Notes: generated from the letters alone by a model not told the origin. A DNA stretch of 64,000 bases from a virus (IMGVR_UViG_3300010163_000010:1-64000), one strand, 5' to 3'; numbered from the stretch's first letter, positions 31,145 to 40,776 are shown. Translations and numbers: made by a program.

Positions 31145-31172
31145 AATACGTCGCTCCTTTCTGTACGTATTC

Positions 31173-31184
31173 TATAGGGATGTT
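31173..31184 (-). promoter_or_regulatory. putative late promoter AACA-TCCC-TATA
   Basis: About 30 bp upstream of the tape measure start. Confidence 0.6.
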
Positions 31185-31199
31185 CCGGGGCAGTAAAAA

Positions 31200-31223
31200 C
31201 CCCACCCCTGCTTGGGGGTGGGG
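31200..31223 (-). terminator. intrinsic terminator
   Basis: CCCCACCCC...GGGGTGGGG hairpin followed by TTTTT on the minus strand. Confidence 0.65.
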
Positions 31224-31228
31224 GAATT

Positions 31229-31334
31229 TCGCCGGCGGAGAGTGATAGTTTATGGGTAATCGGTGGGTTTAATGGGAACTATGAAGCGTTTGGTTATTTA
31301 TGGGAAAATATCCCTGGATGGAATGGTGGGTTCC
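31229..31334 (+). repeat. solitary silent cassette SPAESDSLWVIGGFNGNYEAFGYLWENIPGWNGGF
   Basis: TCGCCGGCGGA at 31229 and GGTGGGTTCC at 31325, with an 87-bp stop-free in-frame insert. Confidence 0.8.
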
Positions 31335-31834
31335 TATTTCTTATCCATACGACGCTGGAGAGCCAGCATGCGGTCAACAAGGCTCTTCTTATATGTGATC
31401 TTTCCAGCGTACTTGCCGGAACGTTCCATCTTACGAAGGCCAACCATAAGAAGCTTATTGCGGAATACCCGCATATTCTTACCACACTCAGTGTAGATAT
31501 ACATAGCTTCATCAATGGCATCCGATACCCACTCGATATCGTTAGGGCCATACTCAAAGGTGTCAATGATATTGGCCCGCTCGCTGGAACTAACCATACC
31601 AGCATGCTTCAGCAGCTTATCCAGGAACGCCTTCATACTGCTATTGATATCGACATCATCCGCGATAAGCTGATCGTGCTTAAGAATCCACTTCTTAGCC
31701 TTAAAGTTCTCATCGGCCAAGACTGCATATACGAGTCCCTGGAAATCGGACTTCGAAAACCTGCTGGACGGATTCTCTTTGAGATCGGCGATCATCTGCT
31801 CTACGCTCGCCGCGTACTCTTTCTTGTCATCCAT
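31334..31834 (-). CDS. hypothetical protein
   Basis: 166-aa ORF with AGGAGG RBS, last gene of the PAAR operon. Confidence 0.65.
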   Translation of the reverse strand: MDDKKEYAASVEQMIADLKENPSSRFSKSDFQGLVYAVLADENFKAKKWILKHDQLIADDVDINSSMKAFLDKLLKHAGMVSSSERANIIDTFEYGPNDIEWVSDAIDEAMYIYTECGKNMRVFRNKLLMVGLRKMERSGKYAGKITYKKSLVDRMLALQRRMDKK

Positions 31835-31838
31835 TAAG

Positions 31839-32135
31839 TCAACCTCCTATTATAACGTTGCTGCTTCCCTCAACAACAATGCCTCCGATACTAACGCTAT
31901 CGCCAATACGAGCGGCAGGAAGTCCATTAATGAACACGGAACCGCTGCCTGATGCTATCACATCATTGTGGCTGGAATGAGCAATGCAGCCATGGGAAGA
32001 GTACGTATCGCCTACCCTCCCAGCAGGCTTCCCATTAATAAGCACATTTGAACTTCCACTGGTTAAACTCGTAGGAACACAAGAATCATGTCCCGAGTTC
32101 TTATCTCCAAGTCTTGTAGCTCCAGGCATATTCAA
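31839..32135 (-). CDS. PAAR-domain spike tip protein
   Basis: ATRLGD...H...SGSSNVLINGKPAGRVGD...GSGSVFINGLPAARIGD...GSSNV. Confidence 0.92.
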   Translation of the reverse strand: MNMPGATRLGDKNSGHDSCVPTSLTSGSSNVLINGKPAGRVGDTYSSHGCIAHSSHNDVIASGSGSVFINGLPAARIGDSVSIGGIVVEGSSNVIIGG

Positions 32136-32140
32136 TCACC

Positions 32141-32428
32141 TTAGTTGAGGCGAATAATTCCGCCGGATACTTTGAAGTTGCCATTGATCTCAACATCACC
32201 GTTAATCTTCAGCTTATTACAGTTGATTGTGATGTTCTTGGCATTGAGAACAATATTTCCTGTTTTGGCATTGATATCAACGCTGGTGAATTTGATGCTG
32301 TCGGGAACCTCAATGACCATCTGCTTCCCTTCATAGATCAAGACAGTCATGCCACCAGCCGATTCAAGCTCAGACCTGTGGATACCCCTCTTTTGAAGGG
32401 TATCCGTCGGTTCACCGCTTTCAATCAT
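32141..32428 (-). CDS. short baseplate spike (gp5/gpV C-terminal beta-helix-like) protein
   Basis: Alternating beta repeats (NIVLNAKNITINCNKLKINGDVEING) ending GGIIRLN; adjacent to PAAR. Confidence 0.65.
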   Translation of the reverse strand: MIESGEPTDTLQKRGIHRSELESAGGMTVLIYEGKQMVIEVPDSIKFTSVDINAKTGNIVLNAKNITINCNKLKINGDVEINGNFKVSGGIIRLN

Positions 32429-32441
32429 ACTTGATTACCTC

Positions 32442-32747
32442 TCAGACCCTGGGAACCAGAACCATGTAGCCGTCGGTATCCCGGACACCGCTCTTGGTCT
32501 TCTTGATCTTCTTACCGCTAAGCATCTTGTTGTACCGGTCACGGATCCGAGTCAGAATGTCGTTCTCACCGGCGTTGTTGGCATTGATAATAATGGACAG
32601 GATCTCCTCATCGCGGGCTTCCTTGCCGTACACAGGGATAGCCAGGAGCGCGATCATCAGATCCCGATTGACGTCTTTCATAACGACCTTATTCGCGGTC
32701 TTCTTCTCCTGCTTCTCCAGGAGCATAGCACGCACATTCACAGACAT
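32442..32747 (-). CDS. hypothetical protein with C-terminal DGYMVLVPR motif
   Basis: 101-aa ORF with AAAGGA RBS. Confidence 0.6.
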   Translation of the reverse strand: MSVNVRAMLLEKQEKKTANKVVMKDVNRDLMIALLAIPVYGKEARDEEILSIIINANNAGENDILTRIRDRYNKMLSGKKIKKTKSGVRDTDGYMVLVPRV

Positions 32748-32827
32748 AGTAACACATCCTTTCTACGTTATTTAATTGTCTTGATACGATTAAATAAACA
32801 ATTATAAGACCATTTTATAATACCTCG

Positions 32828-32839
32828 AACACCAATATA
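32828..32839 (+). promoter_or_regulatory. putative late promoter AACA-CCAA-TATA
   Basis: About 30 bp upstream of the RNAP beta gene. Confidence 0.6.
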
Positions 32840-32869
32840 AAGTTCGGAAATACGGAAGGATGTGATACA

Positions 32870-35800
32870 ATGGTATATCTGGACTATCTTGACAGCTTTA
32901 CAGTTTATAAGGCAAAGCAGCCGGTAATCATGCCGGAAGCAACCAAGAACCGTAAAAAGAACCGGGCGTACGTGGTCCTTGCTCCTACGATCGAGCAAGG
33001 ATTTCAGTTTTTGTCTACTACCAACAACGTCAAATATCGGAATCTGACCAAGTACTTCATTCCGATGAAATGGAACGTTTCTTTGTACGGCAGCGGCCAC
33101 CAAATTGTGAAATTTGATGCTGAGGGAGAAGTATCTGATCTGCTTTCCAAATACCAGCACGGAAACCTTTCTGGTATCAAGAAAGTGGATCGCTTTATCC
33201 CTGGAAAAGCCGATCCCCTCAAACAGTTTAACGTCTTGGTAGAAGTGAACTACGTATTTGATACGATTCTGAATAACGCCAAGGATCATAGAAAGCTGTC
33301 AGTTAAGATAGATCAAGTGCTGACTGAACTCGGCAAAGCTATAGCAACGATAAGCTCTCTCGGCAATTATGAGATAACCACGCTGATCCCATTGACTCTG
33401 TGGTTCTCACATGAAGATTACACTAATCCTGATCAGTTGTGGAAGCCCACAACGAAAAATCCCATGGGACATGTGTTAAGGTCACTCTTGTCGTACCGGA
33501 AAACCTTAGATCTGCTCGCTGGGCCTGGTGAAAACTCTTCATTGGTTTTGCTTGATAACAATACACTGATCAGGCTTACACCGAGTAAACTCCCAGCAGA
33601 TAGTGCTGATGGCAACGAATACAACCTTTTCATTAAGGATATATACAAGCAGTTCTTTACCAAAGCGAAAAAGAGCGTTGCTTCGGTTATTGACTATGGC
33701 GATGATGAAGAAACCATCAAGGATGCTGCCGCGGAGAAGCAGTTAGCCCAGGCCAAGAAAGAGACCACTGTAGACTTAGCTCAGGAAAAAATTGAAAAAG
33801 ATCTCAAAATCGACCATGAAAAACTCAGCGATGAAAAAGCTGCAGAGGTTCGCAAGATTGCAGCTAAGGCAGTAAGGGAGAAAGAAGAGCTGGTAGAACC
33901 CGAAGAGGAAGCTGATACCCCTGAGGTGGATGATACCAAACTTTCTCAACAGGAAGCAGACGTTCTTCTTACTGCACAGATGGAAGGCCGGTCCGCAGAA
34001 TCAGCAAAGCGCAACGAGATGCTCAAGAAGAAATACACCGAACTTAAAATGGGAGACACTTCCATTAAACAATTGGTCGAAGAAGAAAAGGAAGTTGATG
34101 TCCCTACAGTCGCAATCCATGCTAAAACTCTTAATCCTGCAATGGAAAATATCACTGGTCAACGGTTTGAGGAAGTTTACGAAGAAAACCTAATGCAGCA
34201 TGATCTTGTGAATATCCTTCTTCATTTCTCCACTGCAAAACCGGCAATGTATCTGAATAAAGACATCAAAATCGTTGATGTCTCTACTCATGTCGATCGG
34301 GTCATCAGATACACCGTTCAGTTTGAGGATGAGGATCGCAAACGTCACAGTTTCTCATTCAAGCTTCCTAAGATGTACAAGCACAAGTATCTGTACCTGA
34401 ATGGACAAGAGCTTGTCATTACACACCAAAAGCTCCCATATCCGATCACCAAGGTATCTGCAGATCGATGCCAGCTTGTTACAAACTACAACAAGTTGTT
34501 TATCTATCGGTACGGAACAGCACTATCTCCCAGAATGACGAAACTGAAGAAGATCCTCAGTGGAGACAAGCTTCCTAACTTGGCTATTCGTAAAGGTGAC
34601 TGTACACGATTAAATTCTCAGCTTACAACGATCGAATTTGATGACTTCGCTTCTAACTTTGTGACCATTGACATCGGAAACCAGAATGATAACATTCGGT
34701 TTTGTTTTGACCCCGAAATCAATATGGCAACAATATCTTCCACTGCAAAGAAGCCGACTCCAGATGGCGAAGATGAAAGTGCACTGTTTCCGATCGCTGT
34801 ATCCAGAAAAGGATCTACCAAAACTCAGTACTGGTTGTCTGGAATTACAAACAATATCTACGATTCCACTGGTAAGTCTTGTGGAGAACTATCAGAGTTC
34901 TTCACTGAAAAGCTCATAGAGTATATACCCGATGCAGCAAAAGAACTTGATGCAACTACAGTTGGATCACGATTTATTTACTCTCGTGTGCACATCATGG
35001 ATACAGAGGTTCCTTTAATTCTGGTAATGGGAGCTGCTGATCCTGATGGTCTGATCGGAGCTCTTGAAAAGGGTAAGATTAACTATCAGTTTGTAGACAA
35101 GAGGCCCAAGGTCGACAAAAACACTACTGGGGTTATACCGTTTGCTGATGGGTACCTCGTGTTTGACCGATATCCGTATGAGAACTCTCTGCTGATGAAC
35201 GGCCTCATGATACTGCCTACAAAAGAATACAACTTCTACGATCTCAATACCAGAGATACGTACGTTGATATATTCGATCATATGTGTGGCAGAAAGACTA
35301 TGGCCGATAACCTTCCGGCATTCTACTATATGATGGTAGATCCGATAACTAAAGAGGTTCTGAATAAACTCGGACAACCTACAGATTTCACAACACTGCT
35401 GCACTTCTGCAACGGTGTTCTGGTTGATAACTCCTATCAGATCGATTCTATCTATCTGAATTCCAGATTACGGTCTACTGAGATCATTATGGCCCATCTT
35501 TACAGAGAGCTTGCTGTTGCCTGGAGTAACTATCGGTCTGGGCGCACAGATACATTCTCAATACCCGAGGATGCCATCATCAAGATTCTTCTTACATCCA
35601 AAATCGTAGACCCAAAGTCCAGGCTGAACATTACACTCGAACTGGAGAACGACCGTAATGTGAAGCTCAAGGGTCCGAGTGGGATGAACGAAGATCATTC
35701 CTTCACAATCGAGAAACGTGCATATCATCCTACTATGCGAGGGATTATCGGAACCAACAGTACAGCTTCTGGTGAGGTTGGTATTTGCCGGCACATGGTG

Positions 35801-37126
35801 ATTAATCCCAATATTCTTGATGCCAGAGGATTCATTGATGTCAACAAAAGTGAAGGATACGATGGAACTGAGCTTATGACTCCCGGTGAAGCTCTGTCTC
35901 CGTTCAGCGTTGAGTCTGCTGACATTGAGAGGTTGTGTATGTCTGTAGGTCAGGCTAAACACCTGGTACCGGTGGACTCACAGTGTTCTCCTCCAATCTC
36001 ATATGACTTCGAACGAGTTGCACCGTACCTTAGCAACGACTTTGCATTCCAAGCTAAGCAGGATGGTCAGGTTGTTGAAATCAAAGATGATATCATGATT
36101 ATCAAATACAAGGACGGAACTTTCGACGATGTAGACCTCTCTGTGCACCCGGCTAAGAATACAGACGGTGGATTCTATATCATGAATAACCTGTCTACTA
36201 ATCTCACAGCCGGAAAGAAGTTTAAGCAAGGAGAAATTCTTGCTTATGACAAGAAGTACATCAATGACTTGGATTTCTTTGGAGATCCTTCGGCTAACGT
36301 CGGTACATTAGCACGAGTAGCCTTTGAATGTAACGGCTGTGTATTTGAAGACTCTGGTTATATAACAGATGAATTTGCACATAAGTTTGCTACACACATA
36401 ACACGACAAAAGAGAGTTATCATATCCCCATTTGCAAACATCAAGTACATCGCAAAGGTTGGTCAATCAGTTAAAGCCAATGATCCTATTCTGGCTTTTG
36501 ATGATACCGAAGATGAATTCTCGTCACAGCTGCTTGCATCTATTGCGGATCAGGCTGAAGATCTTGATGAAATTATCGCTACAAGTGCTCCTGTCGTATC
36601 CAAATTCACAGGAACAATTAAGGATATTGACATCGTTTACACCGTACCGATTGAACAAATGACACCAAGTCTTCGCAAGGTTGTCCAGGACTATTCTAAA
36701 GAGGCAGCCAAGCGAGAAAAGACCCTTAGCAAATATGTTAGCGTATTCGATGCAAACACCATAACCAAGAACTCGACGATCTCAGAAGTTGACTCACAAG
36801 GTAAGGTTGGTGGCGTTAAAATCGGTGAAGGAGTCATCATCGATTTCTATATCGAGTACGAGGACATAGCTGGCAATGGCGATAAGGGATCTATTGGTGC
36901 TCTTAAGTTCACTACCTGTGAGGTTATACCTACAGAACTGGCAGCCTACAGCGAGAATAACCCGGACAAGAAAATCGATCTGTATGTATCGGCCTTCGGT
37001 GCATTTAAACGCATGGTTGCCGACGTCGAGAAGGTCGGCATTCTTACCAAGGTTCTTGTAGAAGAAAAGCGACGCATGAAAGAACAGTACGGAGAGAAAA
37101 TCAAGGCAGAATTAAAGAAGAAGTAG
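32870..37126 (+). CDS. phage multi-subunit RNA polymerase beta subunit, probably virion RNAP
   Basis: YLYLNG, KGPSG, HPTMRGII..TASGEVG, PF...DIERL.MS..QAKH, FEDS and NGDK...LKFT...KIDL motifs. It lacks the C-terminal GEME region (split subunit) and has a long N-terminal extension and a late promoter. Confidence 0.9.
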   Translation: MVYLDYLDSFTVYKAKQPVIMPEATKNRKKNRAYVVLAPTIEQGFQFLSTTNNVKYRNLTKYFIPMKWNVSLYGSGHQIVKFDAEGEVSDLLSKYQHGNLSGIKKVDRFIPGKADPLKQFNVLVEVNYVFDTILNNAKDHRKLSVKIDQVLTELGKAIATISSLGNYEITTLIPLTLWFSHEDYTNPDQLWKPTTKNPMGHVLRSLLSYRKTLDLLAGPGENSSLVLLDNNTLIRLTPSKLPADSADGNEYNLFIKDIYKQFFTKAKKSVASVIDYGDDEETIKDAAAEKQLAQAKKETTVDLAQEKIEKDLKIDHEKLSDEKAAEVRKIAAKAVREKEELVEPEEEADTPEVDDTKLSQQEADVLLTAQMEGRSAESAKRNEMLKKKYTELKMGDTSIKQLVEEEKEVDVPTVAIHAKTLNPAMENITGQRFEEVYEENLMQHDLVNILLHFSTAKPAMYLNKDIKIVDVSTHVDRVIRYTVQFEDEDRKRHSFSFKLPKMYKHKYLYLNGQELVITHQKLPYPITKVSADRCQLVTNYNKLFIYRYGTALSPRMTKLKKILSGDKLPNLAIRKGDCTRLNSQLTTIEFDDFASNFVTIDIGNQNDNIRFCFDPEINMATISSTAKKPTPDGEDESALFPIAVSRKGSTKTQYWLSGITNNIYDSTGKSCGELSEFFTEKLIEYIPDAAKELDATTVGSRFIYSRVHIMDTEVPLILVMGAADPDGLIGALEKGKINYQFVDKRPKVDKNTTGVIPFADGYLVFDRYPYENSLLMNGLMILPTKEYNFYDLNTRDTYVDIFDHMCGRKTMADNLPAFYYMMVDPITKEVLNKLGQPTDFTTLLHFCNGVLVDNSYQIDSIYLNSRLRSTEIIMAHLYRELAVAWSNYRSGRTDTFSIPEDAIIKILLTSKIVDPKSRLNITLELENDRNVKLKGPSGMNEDHSFTIEKRAYHPTMRGIIGTNSTASGEVGICRHMVINPNILDARGFIDVNKSEGYDGTELMTPGEALSPFSVESADIERLCMSVGQAKHLVPVDSQCSPPISYDFERVAPYLSNDFAFQAKQDGQVVEIKDDIMIIKYKDGTFDDVDLSVHPAKNTDGGFYIMNNLSTNLTAGKKFKQGEILAYDKKYINDLDFFGDPSANVGTLARVAFECNGCVFEDSGYITDEFAHKFATHITRQKRVIISPFANIKYIAKVGQSVKANDPILAFDDTEDEFSSQLLASIADQAEDLDEIIATSAPVVSKFTGTIKDIDIVYTVPIEQMTPSLRKVVQDYSKEAAKREKTLSKYVSVFDANTITKNSTISEVDSQGKVGGVKIGEGVIIDFYIEYEDIAGNGDKGSIGALKFTTCEVIPTELAAYSENNPDKKIDLYVSAFGAFKRMVADVEKVGILTKVLVEEKRRMKEQYGEKIKAELKKK

Positions 37127-37295
37127 ATGATTTATAATGTGCTTGTGGTGATGATTTTGACAACTTCACTCAAATTTTACGAAAAGGCAAAAATCATGAA
37201 AAATACACGCTATAGCGTTATTTATCACTAAAACAGCGCTTTATCGTAAAAGAAAACGTCATTTAGAGAAGGTATATTAGGCGAAGAAAACAACA

Positions 37296-37325
37296 GGGCA
37301 GAGGGGGGATATCCCCCCTCTGCCC
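37296..37325. terminator. 30-bp perfect palindrome, bidirectional terminator
   Basis: GGGCAGAGGGGGGATATCCCCCCTCTGCCC between convergent genes. Confidence 0.75.
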
Positions 37326-37329
37326 ATTT

Positions 37330-37929
37330 TTATTTCCTGGTTGACCAAATATCATTATCCCCCATAACTGTTGTACGGGGAACATAAGATCGATCTACCA
37401 ACTTCCCTTCCGCTTTACGTGTATCACCAAGCAAAGTTTCCAGAGCTTTAATGATGTTCTTATTTTTATTGATCCAGTCAACAACTGGTGCCAGAACTAT
37501 CTGCGTGTCCTTGGCAACACGACGGGTCTTACGAATCTGCCGTATTAATTTCACAAGCTGACTCGGAGTATAGTCGGTTTTAACCTCAAGTTCAACCGCA
37601 TGCATAATATCCGACGTAGCCCGATTCATTTCAACTTCTTCTTGCTGTGCGGTCTTATAACGAGATTCAACCTGACGTAAGAAATCAAGAAAGCTCTTTA
37701 TCGATTCGCTAGTCTGATCCAACTCGTACATCGTGAGACATTTAGGAGGCTCATACGATGCAATATGTGCAGACACGGCTTTTGTGTCACCCGAAGACTG
37801 GATTTCTATGGGATCGTTAATATTGGCTGTACTGTCATCTTTAAGTACAAACATAGATTCACCACCTATCTGCTCGGTATTACTCTCTTGTTGAGCAGAT
37901 AATAGCGATCTAAGAGTTGATAAGGTCAT
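37330..37929 (-). CDS. hypothetical coiled-coil protein
   Basis: 199 aa; DIMHAVEL...IRKTRRVAKD and YVPR patterns. Confidence 0.65.
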   Translation of the reverse strand: MTLSTLRSLLSAQQESNTEQIGGESMFVLKDDSTANINDPIEIQSSGDTKAVSAHIASYEPPKCLTMYELDQTSESIKSFLDFLRQVESRYKTAQQEEVEMNRATSDIMHAVELEVKTDYTPSQLVKLIRQIRKTRRVAKDTQIVLAPVVDWINKNKNIIKALETLLGDTRKAEGKLVDRSYVPRTTVMGDNDIWSTRK

Positions 37930-38055
37930 ATCAATTCACCACGATGTATTTTGAGATACATACTATATCCGTGATAGGCAGGCTGAAATAAATACCCCAG
38001 GGTGTCACCGCACCCTGGGGATTTTTCAGGTAAACGAGAAAGGAGGATTATCGGC

Positions 38056-38205
38056 ATGTTTAACATGGTTAAATGGGCTGATGAGCTGCGGAAGCAGTGT
38101 AAAGCATCATCCTATCCCTACCTGGCTAATATGTCTGAGGAAGAAGAGGAGCGCTTGTATCAGGCTTCTCTGGCACGCTTCCTTAGGCAGCACGGTCAGG
38201 TATAG
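38056..38205 (+). CDS. small hypothetical protein (49 aa)
   Basis: AAGGAGG RBS before ATG at 38056; early-type motif at ~37958; downstream hairpin with T-tract at ~38247-38279. Confidence 0.55.
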   Translation: MFNMVKWADELRKQCKASSYPYLANMSEEEEERLYQASLARFLRQHGQV

Positions 38206-38318
38206 ATATACCACGTATCGTCACGATCTTTGTGACGGAACAGGAAGAAACTCATCACTGCCTGGTGGGTTTCTTTTTTACTCCAGACTCGTTATTATTT
38301 TGTTATACTGTATCAGAA

Positions 38319-38451
38319 GGAACCCACATTCTGCACCACGATTCACGGACATCGCTGCTAGATAACCGTCTGATAGTATAAGTGATCCATTCATTAGAAT
38401 GATATATACCGCCAGTGCCTTTGGATCGTAATAACTATCTGTCGCCGGCGG
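38319..38451 (-). repeat. solitary silent cassette PPATDSYYDPKALAVYIILMNGSLILSDGYLAAMSVNRGAECGF
   Basis: CGCCGGCG at 38443 and GGAACCCACA at 38319, with a 114-bp stop-free in-frame insert. Confidence 0.75.
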
Positions 38452-38950
38452 GAGGTTCTTGCTGCCAGCAGTTGTCAGACCGATCCTCGCTGAAAGAGTT
38501 ATCTGCAGCATCATCCGGCTCAACAGGCGCACTCTCATCGAACGCACTTGTGTCTAACCAGTCGACAGGTGTGTAGAAGGAATGAACCTCTTTATCGCCC
38601 ATAACCCAGAAACCAGAGATTTCTGACCAGACAATCCACTGCCCAGGGCACACTACAAGCGGCCCAGAGACATCATCGTTGAGGATAATGTGAAGCTCAT
38701 CCAGTGCATTGTGACCATGGTCACACGCAATCTCCACATTGTCGACAGAAATCGTCTTTCCACCGGTAATGCAGCAAAAAGCATCCCCGAGCCACTCAAT
38801 CACCTGCTGCAGATTACCGGGGAAGTTTTCCTTGGTGCAAACGTACTGAATGCCAACCAGGTTTCCTTTGGGCACCAGTTTGAGAATCGACCTAAATCCC
38901 GTATCAGACTCAGGCCGCAGGTCTTTAATCCCATTCTCATCCAACTGCAT
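38435..38950 (-). CDS. hypothetical protein
   Basis: 171 aa with AAGGAG RBS; N-terminal DENGIKDLRP. Its last codons overlap the cassette site. Confidence 0.65.
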   Translation of the reverse strand: MQLDENGIKDLRPESDTGFRSILKLVPKGNLVGIQYVCTKENFPGNLQQVIEWLGDAFCCITGGKTISVDNVEIACDHGHNALDELHIILNDDVSGPLVVCPGQWIVWSEISGFWVMGDKEVHSFYTPVDWLDTSAFDESAPVEPDDAADNSFSEDRSDNCWQQEPPAGDR

Positions 38951-38971
38951 TGTTGAAATCTCCTTTCTTAA

Positions 38972-39640
38972 TCAGAACTGGTAAAGTCCATATTCCTTCA
39001 TAAAATCATTCATGTCGCCTTTATAGGTCTCAATAGAACCATTGGTCTTACAGACCACAATCTTTATCAGATACTCGTACTTGGAGAAACCCAGATAGCC
39101 ATTGGCCATGATGTCGTACACGCCACTGATCCCTTGTCGATGAAAGTTAATGAACTGGAAGAGTTCGCCGAGATTACGAATCAGCCGCTCTTCCTGCCAA
39201 ACATCAATCTTGCTTCCATTCCCATCGTCATCAACAGCAACGAGTCTGGCTCCGATTATCATCTTGTCAATATGGGCAAGCTTGAAGTAGCTTTTCACCG
39301 GAATCTTGGTGTACATCATATCACCGGTATCGACCAGAACAAATCCATTGCTCTTCTCGTGATCTCCAGTCTTCATGAGCTTCAGCTCTTTAGAAGCCGC
39401 CTTATCCTGCCCAGACTCAATTTTCAGCTCACCACAGCCGTACACATTCTTCCAAACAACGAAGTTGCTGGAATTGGTGCACTTGAACGACGAGTGACCC
39501 TTAAACCGCTTCAGCCTCTTGTAGTACCAGTACTTCCAGGAGCTCTTCTTAAACTTAGGCTGCTTCGGTTTCTTTTTCTTGAGGTTATTCGGTTTTACGG
39601 GGATGAGCGTATAGAACCCATCCCCAGTGCTTGTACTCAT
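38972..39640 (-). CDS. hypothetical basic protein
   Basis: 222 aa; N-terminal DGFYTLIPVK followed by a Lys-rich tract. Confidence 0.65.
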   Translation of the reverse strand: MSTSTGDGFYTLIPVKPNNLKKKKPKQPKFKKSSWKYWYYKRLKRFKGHSSFKCTNSSNFVVWKNVYGCGELKIESGQDKAASKELKLMKTGDHEKSNGFVLVDTGDMMYTKIPVKSYFKLAHIDKMIIGARLVAVDDDGNGSKIDVWQEERLIRNLGELFQFINFHRQGISGVYDIMANGYLGFSKYEYLIKIVVCKTNGSIETYKGDMNDFMKEYGLYQF

Positions 39641-40263
39641 AGTATCACCTTCCCCTTATCGTCAAATTTGAGACCTAGTATGATCTGAAGGTTCCTGGGA
39701 TCGCCACAGCTGTGATCAAAGGTCATGTCGTCATAGATAATAAGAACCTTCTCAACATATTTGATTCGCTTGTATCCGCCATGCTTTCCCATCTTTATGT
39801 ATTTATCAAGGTTATCATACATCACAGTGTGAATCCAGTTTAATGCACGCTTGAGTTCCGCGGGAGTAGTAATCAGCAAGTACATACTGCTATTCTTAGA
39901 CGATCCTTCAAGACGTTCGATAACAATCGAATCCATACCACCGCCTTCAAGCAATACTTTTACGGAAAGCGCGATAGCCTTAACATGCCGCAATTTCTCA
40001 GAGCCATCTTTAATGGCCGAGAATTTAGTTCCAGTGGACCAATTAATATCATTGCAGACACTCTTCCAAGCTTTGTTCTGCCAGGACTTGGCGGCGTAGT
40101 TAATCTTGTAGTGCCTGTTGATATTAACGCTCGCACCAGCAACCGGTTTGGTGGTAGTCGGGAAAACCACGGTGTCCTCGACGATCCTGCACTCGCCAAT
40201 GGGATACTCCATCTGAATCTTGGGTCTGAGGATATAGAACCCGTCTTCGTCGTAGTTGTTCAT
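39637..40263 (-). CDS. hypothetical protein
   Basis: 208 aa with AAGGAG RBS; N-terminal DEDGFYILRPK. Confidence 0.65.
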   Translation of the reverse strand: MNNYDEDGFYILRPKIQMEYPIGECRIVEDTVVFPTTTKPVAGASVNINRHYKINYAAKSWQNKAWKSVCNDINWSTGTKFSAIKDGSEKLRHVKAIALSVKVLLEGGGMDSIVIERLEGSSKNSSMYLLITTPAELKRALNWIHTVMYDNLDKYIKMGKHGGYKRIKYVEKVLIIYDDMTFDHSCGDPRNLQIILGLKFDDKGKVIL

Positions 40264-40402
40264 GGATATACTCCTTTCAATTCTGCATTATCTTAGTGTG
40301 ATATGATGAATCATAAAAGAATTACAATGTAGAAGCACTAACTGAAAATCGTTTTCTACCCTAAACTTCAAAGAAAGAACCGACATAAGTAAGTAAAATA
40401 TA

Positions 40403-40764
40403 TAGCAGCGAATATGCTGCCCTTCGAAGATGCCCTAAAAATGATTCTCGCTGAGAGCTGATGGGAGAGACCTTCAAGTCTCGGGAATCAGCTCGAACCT
40501 AAACTTTCTAATACGGGCAGCTTCGCTGTTAAAAAGTTTTAATATAGGGTTGGTTGCATGGAATTCCATTCCTATGCAACCAACAACAAAAAAATAGAAG
40601 GACAAAATTTAGTAATTTATACACGACATCGATTCTAGTTGTGATAGTTGTAAAGGACTTTTTCGCTTCGTTCTCGGACTTTGACGTCCTTCCACTACGC
40701 TCGATTAAAATTTCATAAACACTAAAACTACGACTCCAGTCAACATAGACCGTTGGACTGGAGT
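40403..40764 (+). ncRNA. candidate structured non-coding RNA or leader
   Basis: Nested stems TAGCAGCGAA/TTCGCTGTTA, GCTGCCC/GGGCAGC, GAGCTGAT/ATCAGCTC and GAGAC/GTCTC, plus further hairpins at 40549-40584 and 40733-40764. Confidence 0.5.
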
Positions 40765-40776
40765 AATTAAAGGAGC

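Noticed and set aside
38247-38279. GGTGGGTTTC near 38264 as another cassette end
   Set aside because: There is no upstream CGCCGGCG. It pairs with GAAACTCATCA and is followed by a T-tract, so it is a terminator.
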